Below are positions 47,340-57,123 of a stretch of 64,000 bases of DNA, in pieces. Within the stretch, counting starts at the first letter, position 1; every line of letters begins with the position of its first letter. Made by a program: the position numbers and the translations under genes. A model generated the notes under the pieces. That model worked only from the letters and a program-made list of their open reading frames with translations. It was not told the origin of the DNA and did no database searches. The stretch comes from a virus (lineage: Duplodnaviria > Caudoviricetes), in IMG/VR virus record IMGVR_UViG_3300045596_000094, positions 192,001 to 256,000 of that record. One strand, given 5' to 3'.

Positions 47340-47827
47340 CGTTGGGGCTCTTTATCTTGTTCTGGATCCAAAGGAATAACAATGGAAGTAAAGAAGTTCA
47401 TTCGGATGAGGAAAAGGCTAATCAGCCATTGGTTGTTAGTAAAGATAGATACACATTCACTTTCACTAACAATACTTTCCTTGGTTACTGCATTTGCTTG
47501 CATCGCACGCCAATAACCGTTAGCTAAGGCTGTAGCCAATGTGGTATAGGCATCGTCACTAAATTTAGTCATGAGATACATATTGATTTCATGCATAAAC
47601 GTTTTAGTACTACTTTGCATATAACTTCGATGTAGATCAGAAATCACTGAAGCGTTGACGATTTCAGGAAGACGTTCGTCGACCTTAACATCACGAACAA
47701 AATCGGATAGCTCTGTAGATACCTTCGCAAATTTAGTTTCATCGTCGCCGTCGTGGGAATTGTATTCAATTAACATTCTTCCCACGACAAAGTTTGTTTC
47801 ATCTAAGAAACTTTCTAATAAATCCAT
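47336..47827 (-). CDS. Hypothetical protein
   Basis: ORF in operon with vRNAP beta-C. Confidence 0.78.
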   Translation of the reverse strand: MDLLESFLDETNFVVGRMLIEYNSHDGDDETKFAKVSTELSDFVRDVKVDERLPEIVNASVISDLHRSYMQSSTKTFMHEINMYLMTKFSDDAYTTLATALANGYWRAMQANAVTKESIVSESECVSIFTNNQWLISLFLIRMNFFTSIVIPLDPEQDKEPQR

Positions 47828-47830
47828 GTT

Positions 47831-48508
47831 TTAACCTGCAAAGTTATTGGCAAAGCCCATTCCATTAAGAATAATAGAAAGTGTCTTTACTGAACGGGTT
47901 GGTCGCAATGAAGCCCCAGGTGTAGCGTACATAGAGGCTGCACCTGTTTTAATGATCATGTTTTCAGTGTACCGACGAGATACGTTGTCCCCGCCACGAT
48001 ACTTCATGAGTTCCATAATCGGGGCTTCTAAACCGACTGAGTTTAAGATCATGAACTCTGGACCAGAACATTGCGCGGAACGAGAATCTCCAGCAGGCTG
48101 CCCTGTGGTATTGTCGATTGACTTATTGTTCTTCGGTACAGAGATCTTATCATCGATGGTTTGCGTCTGACGACAAACTGTAGAATCATAAACCAAATGT
48201 TTCAGCGGGGTTAAAAACTCCACACCAGTGACTGGATCAGTTACCCAAATACGCTGATAGAAATCATACCCCATACGTTTAGCCATTTCGATATTGTTAT
48301 CTACAGTAATTCCTGTAACTTCATCATAGTTCGGCACATTAACAAACAATGGATTCTTACCAGACACAATACCGTCAATAAAAAGTTTAAACTCTTCATT
48401 GCTCATCTTTGGGAGAACGTCGTTATAAAACTCATAATGACGCCCAGATGTATCTAACTCCTTCATTCGTTGAAGGAGCTTTCCTGTAGCTGAAGCTCGG
48501 TTAAGCAT
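47831..48508 (-). CDS. Virion RNA polymerase beta subunit, C-terminal part (phiKZ gp149-like)
   Basis: TGQPAGDSRSAQCSGPEFMIL..ELMKYRGGD parallels RpoB TQQPLGGK..GQRFGEMEVWAL..EMLTVKSDD. Confidence 0.82.
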   Translation of the reverse strand: MLNRASATGKLLQRMKELDTSGRHYEFYNDVLPKMSNEEFKLFIDGIVSGKNPLFVNVPNYDEVTGITVDNNIEMAKRMGYDFYQRIWVTDPVTGVEFLTPLKHLVYDSTVCRQTQTIDDKISVPKNNKSIDNTTGQPAGDSRSAQCSGPEFMILNSVGLEAPIMELMKYRGGDNVSRRYTENMIIKTGAASMYATPGASLRPTRSVKTLSIILNGMGFANNFAG

Positions 48509-48517
48509 GTTTTACCT

Positions 48518-48820
48518 CTATTGACCTTGATAGTGGTCTGACAAGAAAGGAAGTACAGTTCTACAGAACGTGTTTAACCAAACACCGACATTGTCTGTAT
48601 GACTATTCAAGTTAGCCAGACAGGTCTCCTTATCAATATTTTCTACTTGTGAGATTTCACGAGTAAAGACCTCAGTTAAATCACCAATCATTAGAACCTC
48701 TTTGCGTGGAATGACTGAGTTCACTCGACTACAAATGGCTGGGTGCGTATTAAATACAGCACCCATGAGGAATTGGCGGTTAATTGCCGCAGTTTGCATG
48801 ATAATTCCTATTTCATCCAA
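48518..48820 (-). CDS. Hypothetical protein
   Basis: ORF overlapping uvsX stop. Confidence 0.7.
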   Translation of the reverse strand: MDEIGIIMQTAAINRQFLMGAVFNTHPAICSRVNSVIPRKEVLMIGDLTEVFTREISQVENIDKETCLANLNSHTDNVGVWLNTFCRTVLPFLSDHYQGQ

Positions 48821-50208
48821 TATGGTTTCTTATCGTGGTTATAAAGTTCCAACAAGTCACGAGTTGACATGAATGGAATAGGGTTTGTATACTGGTCAAA
48901 CGTCCAATAACCACGGGTACTTAATAATTGATCCCAGTCGTAACCTTGTTCCTTCAAACCCTTATATAGTTCAGCAGGTTCTACCAGGTTCTCAGCTGAG
49001 AACTCTAGCCAGAGATTACGCATCTGACATAGTTCAGAAGTAATTTCCATTGCTCGACGGAATTTAGGATCTTCTTTGATCAGTTGACGAATGTTGTTAC
49101 GTGTAAACTTAACATCTGGATAAATTTCTAGATATTGAGTAACAACGTTAGAGCTTAAACCAAAGCGGTTGAAGTTCTTACAATACCAATACTCAGACAG
49201 TGTTGTCTGCAAGCCGTATGTTTGTGAGAAAATCAATTCAAAAGGAATACCGGTAACACCAGACTTGGTGCGAATAGGTAATACTGTCGCTACCATAAGG
49301 TCGGTTGACCCTTTCATATCATCTTCTTTAGATAATGGGAATTCAGGCTGTTTTGTACCCTGATTAATCATCGATTTGAGATCAGTAATCTCAAATAAGT
49401 TATTTGTTAAGAATGTAAAGTTCTCAGGAACTTTCTTCATTTTACGAGTATTCTTTACAAACGCTAACTTCTTCTTGGGCGCGTTGTATTGATCCATGAC
49501 AATAACGTCACCCATATGAGCCGTCATAGTGATACAGAGAGAAGAACGCCCAGTAAGTACAGGTAACGCATCCAACAACTGCGCCTTACCTGCGGCAGAC
49601 TGCATTGCCACTGTGTTCATTTCAGACTCACCCACACCGGCACCGTCTACTTTCTTCGTAATCGCGGCTGTCCAGAATTGTGATAGCGAATCGATTTCAC
49701 CAAACACTGGGGCGTAAATAGCAATTGGTTTACCAGATTTATCAACGAAAGGTGTTTCGATCATCTTTTCATTTTTAACACGTTCGTCAACCATTGCTTT
49801 TAAAACGCCGAACCAAGCAGTGCCATCGTATTCCACGGCAGAGGTAAAACCAAAACGTCCGAGTTCTTCATCTAGGGTAGATGCCAATTCCCCCGATGGG
49901 TCAATTTGATTTGCCAACTCAATAAAACGTAAACGCGTTGATGAGTTTTCTGTATCGTAAGAGAAGCCTGATGAAACCGCATAACGATACATAGCGATCA
50001 ATAAACGCGCATGCGCTAATGTCGATTTCATCGAGTTACCGGGACCAGTGATCCCTTCAATAGCGGAAATACCACCATTTAAAATCCATTCGCCCTTAGC
50101 GCCTTGGATATACCGCCCAGTTTGCACATCCATCAAACAACCCACATTAAACATTGGACGGAATGGAGATGCTTGTTTAAAGCCTTTAGAAAAATTAAAG
50201 CCAGACAT
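48808..50208 (-). CDS. uvsX: UvsX/RecA-like recombinase (phiKZ gp152-like)
   Basis: Walker A GPGNSMKST, YDTENS, EIDSLS, MTAH, RTKSG. Confidence 0.88.
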   Translation of the reverse strand: MSGFNFSKGFKQASPFRPMFNVGCLMDVQTGRYIQGAKGEWILNGGISAIEGITGPGNSMKSTLAHARLLIAMYRYAVSSGFSYDTENSSTRLRFIELANQIDPSGELASTLDEELGRFGFTSAVEYDGTAWFGVLKAMVDERVKNEKMIETPFVDKSGKPIAIYAPVFGEIDSLSQFWTAAITKKVDGAGVGESEMNTVAMQSAAGKAQLLDALPVLTGRSSLCITMTAHMGDVIVMDQYNAPKKKLAFVKNTRKMKKVPENFTFLTNNLFEITDLKSMINQGTKQPEFPLSKEDDMKGSTDLMVATVLPIRTKSGVTGIPFELIFSQTYGLQTTLSEYWYCKNFNRFGLSSNVVTQYLEIYPDVKFTRNNIRQLIKEDPKFRRAMEITSELCQMRNLWLEFSAENLVEPAELYKGLKEQGYDWDQLLSTRGYWTFDQYTNPIPFMSTRDLLELYNHDKKPYWMK

Positions 50209-50292
50209 GTTTGTACCTTACTTTATATGAATGATTACGTTTCAGATTATACTGGGAACGCTAATAAAATAATTTTCTCTGAGGAATTACCC

Positions 50293-51162
50293 ATGTTAGA
50301 CCATCTAGAAAAGGAACATCAGCAAGTCAGTATCGAGATGAGCAACTTGTTCTTAGAGGCTGGTTCATTTGCAAAGAATCGTCTATCTAAATTTATGCGT
50401 TCGTCTACAGACACCGCTATACAACTTGTTCATGCAATCAGTCGCAATCAGTCTGGTCGTGATACTGGGGTAATTACCCCAGGTGCAGTGCAACAACTCA
50501 CCTCTAAATTTTCCTACAGCGATATCGCACGTGTAGAAGTATTCGTTCCTTCGGTATTGAAACCAAAAGTCACTATGGATGTTTATGGTGCTTCTCTTTT
50601 GAAGTCTATTGAAATAGCCTACGACATTGTTGATTTTGGTGGTCAGGAAGTCCTCGATAATGTAGAGAAATACATCTCATTACCAAACCGACTAGGGGAT
50701 ATTACTGGTGACGAATCTGTTGGTGATATTACTTCTGGTTTAATGCACCGTTTGACTAATGCCCAGAAAGAATTTGCTGAACTAACAGTATCTAACGGCA
50801 CACAAACACAACGACCTTATTCCGAAGCGTTTCGTCGTAATTTAGATTATGTAAAAGCAGTTGAACATTGTAATGAGATTGAAAAGAAACTCAATGCCAT
50901 TATTAATAAGTTACCGGCATATACTAAATTAATGGATAAGACATCAGCAGCAACTAAACGTTTAGCTTCATTGATTGAAACTAAACCAGATCAATATCGT
51001 TTAGGAAATGTTGCAGGTGCTCGATTAAGTAACTTAGTTTTTACGCTAGCTAAAGAAACTGAATATGTGGGTGCGGTAATTCATTTTGCTCGCACGTATA
51101 TAAAGTCTATGGCAGATACCCACGCAGTTATTGTAACCGCTACTAAACGCTTTACCGAGTAG
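50293..51162 (+). CDS. Putative virion head protein with short propeptide (phiKZ gp153-like)
   Basis: Start moved to MLDHLE (RBS GAGGA); VSIE motif; position between uvsX and RNase H genes. Confidence 0.65.
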   Translation: MLDHLEKEHQQVSIEMSNLFLEAGSFAKNRLSKFMRSSTDTAIQLVHAISRNQSGRDTGVITPGAVQQLTSKFSYSDIARVEVFVPSVLKPKVTMDVYGASLLKSIEIAYDIVDFGGQEVLDNVEKYISLPNRLGDITGDESVGDITSGLMHRLTNAQKEFAELTVSNGTQTQRPYSEAFRRNLDYVKAVEHCNEIEKKLNAIINKLPAYTKLMDKTSAATKRLASLIETKPDQYRLGNVAGARLSNLVFTLAKETEYVGAVIHFARTYIKSMADTHAVIVTATKRFTE

Positions 51163-51207
51163 CATAAAGCCCACTAGCCCTTTGCGGGGCTAGTGGGTGT
51201 TTTGTGC
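51162..51207. terminator. Bidirectional terminator
   Basis: gcccactagccc/gggctagtgggt at 51169-51198 flanked by gcataaa and ttttgtgc. Confidence 0.82.
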
Positions 51208-51224
51208 GTCTCATGTGAGTTGCA

Positions 51225-51701
51225 CTAGGCTTCTTTACGCGTCTGCCCAAACAGATGTGTAATATCGGAAACCATTGCGCTTTTACCATATTTTAATCCT
51301 GGGGGAGTTTGTCTTTCAACAGCTTCGGCAATAAGAATCGCTTCCGCCTGACAAAGTTCCCCAGTGGAACAAATACGTTGAACATCAACACCGCTGTCAT
51401 TTAATTCAGCTAGATTAAACTGGATGAAATGGTCTTGGGTGATATCAGACACATTTGTCAAAACTAAAGGTTTCTTTATCTGTAGAAGTTTCTCGTTCAC
51501 TTTGTCAATAGTAATCCCTTGGAAAAAAGATTGACGCTGTAATTCATGGTAGGTGGCTACAATGAAAAATACACGTTTCAAATAATTTCCATAATTAGGG
51601 AAGAGGACTGCAAATAAAGAGAGGAATTGTAAAAATAAAGAGACACCTAAGGTTCGTAACAAACTACTTAGCTGACTTCTGATGTGGTTAGCCATAATCA
51701 C
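51225..51701 (-). CDS. Putative membrane protein
   Basis: N-terminal hydrophobic stretch; overlaps RNase H stop. Confidence 0.7.
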   Translation of the reverse strand: MIMANHIRSQLSSLLRTLGVSLFLQFLSLFAVLFPNYGNYLKRVFFIVATYHELQRQSFFQGITIDKVNEKLLQIKKPLVLTNVSDITQDHFIQFNLAELNDSGVDVQRICSTGELCQAEAILIAEAVERQTPPGLKYGKSAMVSDITHLFGQTRKEA

Positions 51702-53365
51702 TTACTCACGACCGTATGTACATTAAGAGGCACAAGGTTCGAAGCAACATTTGTCCATAGACCAATATCCCCGTTTTCAAGCTGTACGATCGTATAAACT
51801 CGAAAACCGACAAATGGTTCAAAAACAGTTAACACCCAAACCTTAGGCTTCTGATCTTTCACACCACCAATAATTCGACGTCTCGGTAATGTGATCCCAT
51901 AAGTGAGCGTCACATCTATTGTGATTTCACTGTACATAGAATCCACAGGGTTTTTCACATTTACTTTCAAAGGGAGTTTAATCGATGCATCTGCCGAGGC
52001 AATTAATTTTGTCTCGGATTTCTTCTTACCTTCAGTTGTTTTTAAGAAATAATCCGTGACATCGTTAAGCACCATTCGATCATCCAAACTACCTGCCTGT
52101 ACTGTTTCCAGTAAATCCGAAAGATAATGATAACGAACCATAGCTGCGTTTTCTAAACGTCCAGTTAAACGATACAGTAACTCCTTACCGTGAGAGGTAA
52201 TCGTTTTTCCGTAACCGTTTAAACTCAATAACTTTCCACCATGATTATTCACCAATTCAGCAACATCAGCAGACATGAGATTATTCAGATGACCACACCA
52301 GATTCCGTTAGTTTGTAAGGTGGTTGTAATCGGATCAATCGTAGCACCGATGTTTCGAACTGCCTCCAAAGTTTTAGGTGGGTTGCTAATAAATGCAACA
52401 CTCTGTGTTTGGTCAGAGATAAGCTGACCAACACGTTCATCCTCTTCATGGGTTCCCATAAAGAAGATAAATTTGCCATCGGATGTTTTTGGGGCTTCGT
52501 CATTAATATAAGTATACCATTTTTGGTCTGCCATAAAGTAATGCATACCAACATCCACACCCGCATTAGACCAATAACCTTGTGCAGGTCGAACAACTAA
52601 CTCATCAAAGAAATAATCATTCATACCGGCATTTAATCCAGATGTGGCTAATCTATCAGCTACATGATTTCCTAGATATTCCGAATGACCCTTAACCCAT
52701 TCGATAGACCACGGACAATCCACAACTTCTAGCGCCTTATCTAAATTATCCAGAATTTCAATCCACATCTCTCGGTTTGCTAACGGCTGACCATCAGCGC
52801 GTCGCCAATCTGATTCCCGATACTTAAATCGATTCTTTACAGCACCGATCACATATCGCGAGTCTATGCGTAGATGAACGCTATTTAGTTTTACTTGGCT
52901 ATTGAGCTTTACAATCGCCTCAACCGCTTTATTGAATGCCTCTGCTTCTGCTACATTGTTAGTCGCATCTAGCAGAGAACCTCGCCCGTTTAAATAAACA
53001 ACGGGCATTCGTGGGGATGAAGCTGTCTTATAAGGTTCAACGTTAGTAAGACGCGGATCAACAGTTACTTCCACCTTAGCACCTTCTGGTAATGATTTAA
53101 CCATATAACCTTTATCAGTGACATTGTAACCATTACATCCTGGACCAGTTTTGGTCGGTGTATTCGCATGAACAAAACCATGGTATCCGTAACCGCCAAT
53201 ATATACTTGACCTATTTGACCACCACCATCAGTATAAAAAACCACACCAAGTGATAATGGTTCTTCTGTTGCCTTCTGGTGTTTAGTCTTTAAATCGTCA
53301 AGTATGGATTCCTCAATAAGAGGAGAAAATTGTTCAGTCATTTTAGGAAACTCGAAGTCAAACAT
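51698..53365 (-). CDS. rnhA: Ribonuclease HI with long C-terminal extension (phiKZ gp155-like)
   Basis: FYTDGG, TNNVAEAEA, IDSRYV, WVKGHS..GNHVADRLA. Confidence 0.92.
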   Translation of the reverse strand: MFDFEFPKMTEQFSPLIEESILDDLKTKHQKATEEPLSLGVVFYTDGGGQIGQVYIGGYGYHGFVHANTPTKTGPGCNGYNVTDKGYMVKSLPEGAKVEVTVDPRLTNVEPYKTASSPRMPVVYLNGRGSLLDATNNVAEAEAFNKAVEAIVKLNSQVKLNSVHLRIDSRYVIGAVKNRFKYRESDWRRADGQPLANREMWIEILDNLDKALEVVDCPWSIEWVKGHSEYLGNHVADRLATSGLNAGMNDYFFDELVVRPAQGYWSNAGVDVGMHYFMADQKWYTYINDEAPKTSDGKFIFFMGTHEEDERVGQLISDQTQSVAFISNPPKTLEAVRNIGATIDPITTTLQTNGIWCGHLNNLMSADVAELVNNHGGKLLSLNGYGKTITSHGKELLYRLTGRLENAAMVRYHYLSDLLETVQAGSLDDRMVLNDVTDYFLKTTEGKKKSETKLIASADASIKLPLKVNVKNPVDSMYSEITIDVTLTYGITLPRRRIIGGVKDQKPKVWVLTVFEPFVGFRVYTIVQLENGDIGLWTNVASNLVPLNVHTVVSK

Positions 53366-53388
53366 TCATACGTTACACAAACCGATAT

Positions 53389-53790
53389 TTATTTATTGTC
53401 TTTAAGCGAACCAATGACCATCATTTTCTTTTCGGGATCGTAATGAGACAAAACATTCTTCGCAGCGACCACGGGTTCAGAGGCAGCCTCGGGATGAGTT
53501 AGAGAAGCCAAACACTGTTGTGCTGATTCTTGGCTTTCCGCTAGTTGTTCTGTCAAACGGGCATTGTTTTTCTCAAGACTCTGATATTGTTTAATCATAG
53601 GCTCATGCATTTGTAGATTGGCTGTGGCTTGTTCAACCGCATAGCCTAAAAACATAAGCAAAACGAAGATAGTCGAAGTCGTTGTAAGAAACACTAAATT
53701 CTGACCACCGCGTTTTAAACGTAGGTTTGATAAAGCATACTCTCTAAGCAGAGGGTAGATCAATTTTAATAATTGTAACAATATAGTCAT
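53389..53790 (-). CDS. Membrane-anchored coiled-coil protein
   Basis: One transmembrane segment followed by a heptad-rich region; RBS GAGGT. Confidence 0.75.
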   Translation of the reverse strand: MTILLQLLKLIYPLLREYALSNLRLKRGGQNLVFLTTTSTIFVLLMFLGYAVEQATANLQMHEPMIKQYQSLEKNNARLTEQLAESQESAQQCLASLTHPEAASEPVVAAKNVLSHYDPEKKMMVIGSLKDNK

Positions 53791-53864
53791 AACTACCTCG
53801 GTACAGATTTCGTTGAATCAATAGTATGATTACATAGAAAGATAGCGTTTTCGGGATTATTCAC

Positions 53865-55196
53865 ATGTACATACTGAAATCATTTATGGGAATGCCTTCC
53901 TTAGAAGACAACCGCCCAAATACGACTGCTCCATTTGGTGAGCTGACGACTCAAGCCCGTACCTATACTCGTGATATTCGCACTTATAGTGGAACAGTTT
54001 ACCCAGATGTGGTAAATAACGTATTCCATTGTGTCGACGATATGCTTGTACGTGTAGAACCTTCTGCCGGTTTCAGTAATGAACTTCTGGCATTGGGGCA
54101 ATGGGTCTTTGAACAACATAAAGCAAAAGTTATTCCTAATAACGCGAATAAAGAAGCTTTTATTGTCGCGATAGGGAATCAATTTAAAACAATGTCAGCA
54201 ATCTCTATCGGAGAAATACTCCGCGGAGATCAACCTGACTTATATATGCCTAACTATATCCAGTTTAAGATACTGGATGTAAATAAGCAATATCAAGTAA
54301 CTATCTGGTTTGCTGGTGCAACTTTCGACATAGAGTACGACGAGTACGAAGTTTTTGTTGTGCCACCGTTACCGGATATCAATGATCTGATTGGTTCTAA
54401 ACCAGCTGTATTTGAAAAGATCAGAAACCAACTAACTTCTGTAACTATTAATAAAATCCAAGAGATTCGTGGCGATAAGCCGGAAACGGGTTTACTTACT
54501 TTAGATCTTACTTGGCATGATCCTGATGATTTCAATGCTATGATGTTAACCACATGGACCGCAGTTATTTATGGTCCTGCGGGTATGGATCGAGAAGCCA
54601 TTAAAGACGCTATTCGCGATTACATTGCCGATAACTCCGATTATGAAAAATGGCCTGAGATCTATCCAGAACTTTACTCAGAAAATGAATTCGTTCTTCT
54701 ACCTATGTGGGATGAATTAGCATTACAACCTAACGCTTTAGAACATGTTGGACTTTACTCAACTATCGTGAAGATGAGTAAATTCAAGAAAATAGGTAAA
54801 CAATTCCTTCCTTCTGGATATAGCCAATCTACTAACGTGGATAAATTTGTAGAAGATAACTTAGAAATTGGTTCAGCGGTTTATCGAGCAATAATGTTCT
54901 GTACGTTGGGTAACCCGAATAACAAAGGTGACATTTTTAGTTTCCGTCAATTATTCCCTGATTACATGGCTGTCCCTACTGACGATGCAGATTTTAACAG
55001 AATGGATCCAGAAACACAAGAGTTCTGCTTGAAATTTACCGACGCACTAAAATGGGCTTATGATTATAAACCAACTGATTCATTACCTATTGGTTATACT
55101 CGTTTTGTTCGTCGAGGTATGCATTACTTATCCTTTAATCATAAAGGGTATGATTTCCCTATCCTTTCTAAATTCACCTACGATAAGTACAACTAA
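53865..55196 (+). CDS. Putative virion structural protein (phiKZ gp157-like)
   Basis: N-terminal MYILKSF..APFGELT motif; position after RNase H region. Confidence 0.65.
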   Translation: MYILKSFMGMPSLEDNRPNTTAPFGELTTQARTYTRDIRTYSGTVYPDVVNNVFHCVDDMLVRVEPSAGFSNELLALGQWVFEQHKAKVIPNNANKEAFIVAIGNQFKTMSAISIGEILRGDQPDLYMPNYIQFKILDVNKQYQVTIWFAGATFDIEYDEYEVFVVPPLPDINDLIGSKPAVFEKIRNQLTSVTINKIQEIRGDKPETGLLTLDLTWHDPDDFNAMMLTTWTAVIYGPAGMDREAIKDAIRDYIADNSDYEKWPEIYPELYSENEFVLLPMWDELALQPNALEHVGLYSTIVKMSKFKKIGKQFLPSGYSQSTNVDKFVEDNLEIGSAVYRAIMFCTLGNPNNKGDIFSFRQLFPDYMAVPTDDADFNRMDPETQEFCLKFTDALKWAYDYKPTDSLPIGYTRFVRRGMHYLSFNHKGYDFPILSKFTYDKYN

Positions 55197-55212
55197 TCAC
55201 TGGAGAGATTAA

Positions 55213-55860
55213 ATGGCTTACCCACAACTTACCCCTTCACACCGTGCAAGGGGGGTTTGGAAGCTGAGAACTCCGTTCGCAGTTGTTACTGATGTTGAAT
55301 ATACGTGTATTGCAATACGTACTTTTGACGACATGTATAACGATGGCATAGATCCTTATAAAGAGATCTATGTCCCCGTCGGTTTATCTGACGGTGTAGC
55401 GATTGGAACGGAAACATTTAGTTTTGCTCAAGAGCGCCTGTTAGGGATTAACATTATTTCCCTAGCAGACCCTAAAGGGCAGGTCTACCATGTTCCGGAT
55501 AACTATATTCTCAGCTATCCAACCACATCTGGGATTCTTTATGAGCATTTCATTATGTCGGCGTCACTCGGCGCATTACCGAGTACAATTGACATGACCG
55601 ATGCACAGACTGCCATGAAGCAATCTATTAAGGATTCATTTGGTGTCGATGCGACTATCAATGTTCATCGAGTTTCTACGTTGACCTCTCCAACGTATGA
55701 GGAACACTTAGAGCTAGAGCGAATTCGCGAAGCGGCTAAGAAGATAGACAACACCTTAGTTGCTAAGAATGAGGAGTTGGAACGTAAATTAACATTGGCT
55801 AATGATACGGTTCAAACACTCACTCAGATCTTAATCGACAATAACCTTATGCCAACATAG
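55213..55860 (+). CDS. Conserved jumbo-phage hypothetical protein
   Basis: HVPDNYILSYP and SLGALP motifs; C-terminal coiled coil; RBS GGAG. Confidence 0.75.
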   Translation: MAYPQLTPSHRARGVWKLRTPFAVVTDVEYTCIAIRTFDDMYNDGIDPYKEIYVPVGLSDGVAIGTETFSFAQERLLGINIISLADPKGQVYHVPDNYILSYPTTSGILYEHFIMSASLGALPSTIDMTDAQTAMKQSIKDSFGVDATINVHRVSTLTSPTYEEHLELERIREAAKKIDNTLVAKNEELERKLTLANDTVQTLTQILIDNNLMPT

Positions 55861-55874
55861 GTGATCAGAATACC

Positions 55875-56516
55875 ATGCCTACATTTTACGAACACTATCG
55901 GGATCTAAAAACCCCAACCGCTTCTCTTGAAGGGTTTATCGATGGTTCGGTTCATCAAGAAATTGAATTTTGTATCTACGCCGAAATTAAAGATCTTGAG
56001 GAATTGAAGAAGAAAGCCATTGCTGTTGAACGCCACGAACAATGGCAGATGCCATTAGACCAAGACAAAGTTGATGGTAAAATGCGTCTTCGTTTAATCG
56101 ATGACACACGGCCAACAATGGCAACTAAAATCAAACGTGCAAATATGATCGGCTGTGAAGAAGTTGAATCTGATATTACCATGGATGCATTTAAACATTT
56201 AAAACAAATGGCATTCAATGGTTATGTTAAGCAACGATATACGGTTCCTTCGAACATTGCAGGCTTACAATGGGAAGTGGATGTCTTTTATACCAAAGGC
56301 GGATCACAGCACCCGTGGGTTAAAATTGATTTAGAGGTTAAATCCCTAAATGATCCGATTCCTGCATTCCCTATTGCTACAGTAAAACAAATTTACGATG
56401 ACGAAGAAATGACCCATGGTGAGCGAACCATCGTCAGAAATCTTTGGGATAATGAATGGCAACGCTTAGATGCCAATGAAGCCATCCGTAAAGAACAACA
56501 AGCAAGAGCAATTTAA
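55875..56516 (+). CDS. CYTH-like (triphosphate tunnel metalloenzyme) protein
   Basis: EIE near N-terminus, RLR, conserved K, EEVE, KQRY, WEVDVF, DLEV. Confidence 0.75.
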   Translation: MPTFYEHYRDLKTPTASLEGFIDGSVHQEIEFCIYAEIKDLEELKKKAIAVERHEQWQMPLDQDKVDGKMRLRLIDDTRPTMATKIKRANMIGCEEVESDITMDAFKHLKQMAFNGYVKQRYTVPSNIAGLQWEVDVFYTKGGSQHPWVKIDLEVKSLNDPIPAFPIATVKQIYDDEEMTHGERTIVRNLWDNEWQRLDANEAIRKEQQARAI

Positions 56517-56524
56517 CAGCATAA

Positions 56525-56554
56525 ATAGAGTAGTGCCCTAGGGCACTACTCTAT
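56525..56554. terminator. Perfect 30-bp CCCTAGGG palindrome between convergent genes
   Basis: atagagtagtgccctagggcactactctat. Confidence 0.82.
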
Positions 56555-56563
56555 GCGTTTATG

Positions 56564-57088
56564 TTATTCACCCTCATCGATACGTACAGGAACACCACGA
56601 ACCATCTTCCAACGATATGTGTAGTTTGGATAGCGTCGACGTAATCGTAGCCAAGAACCTGTAATGTGTAGATATGTTCTAGCTACTGAGTTCGTCATCC
56701 AAGCTTCGTCTAAATAACTCAACGCTGTTACGATATTACGTTTATTTAGATTCAACACAAAACCTGCTTTTGGCGGACAAAACGGGCAGGTGATAATAGA
56801 CTTCATCCCTTCACCGAAATGTGTTGGGGTAGCTTTTGAAATAAAACGATGCTTATGACAAATAATCATCACTTCAACAGCTGTTGGAAACTCCTTGATC
56901 TCTTTAGGATCAACGTCGGGTTTAACAAATGTTTGCACCAGCGTATTTGGGTTTTTCAATTGAAAAGGGACATACCCGTTATGCCACATTTTCTCAGTTG
57001 GGGTAAAAACATTTATAAATTCAGCAACGGTTCTTTTCCAGAAACCTGCTTTAGCAAGAGGAACTGGTCCTTCTGTTGTAGTCGTCAT
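56564..57088 (-). CDS. Hypothetical protein with zinc-ribbon motif
   Basis: IICHKH..TPTHFGEG..CPFC. Confidence 0.7.
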   Translation of the reverse strand: MTTTTEGPVPLAKAGFWKRTVAEFINVFTPTEKMWHNGYVPFQLKNPNTLVQTFVKPDVDPKEIKEFPTAVEVMIICHKHRFISKATPTHFGEGMKSIITCPFCPPKAGFVLNLNKRNIVTALSYLDEAWMTNSVARTYLHITGSWLRLRRRYPNYTYRWKMVRGVPVRIDEGE

Positions 57089-57123
57089 TTCATAATCCTT
57101 ATGGGTAGAAATACCCCTCTGTG

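Noticed and set aside
50104-50292. N-terminal extension of the 352-aa ORF overlapping uvsX
   Set aside because: Overlaps a divergent gene; a good RBS supports ATG 50293
53389-53790. TM + coiled-coil gene as an i-spanin
   Set aside because: No embedded lipoprotein found in the +1 frame segment checked, and the next gene is RNase H; a better pair exists at 63768-64000
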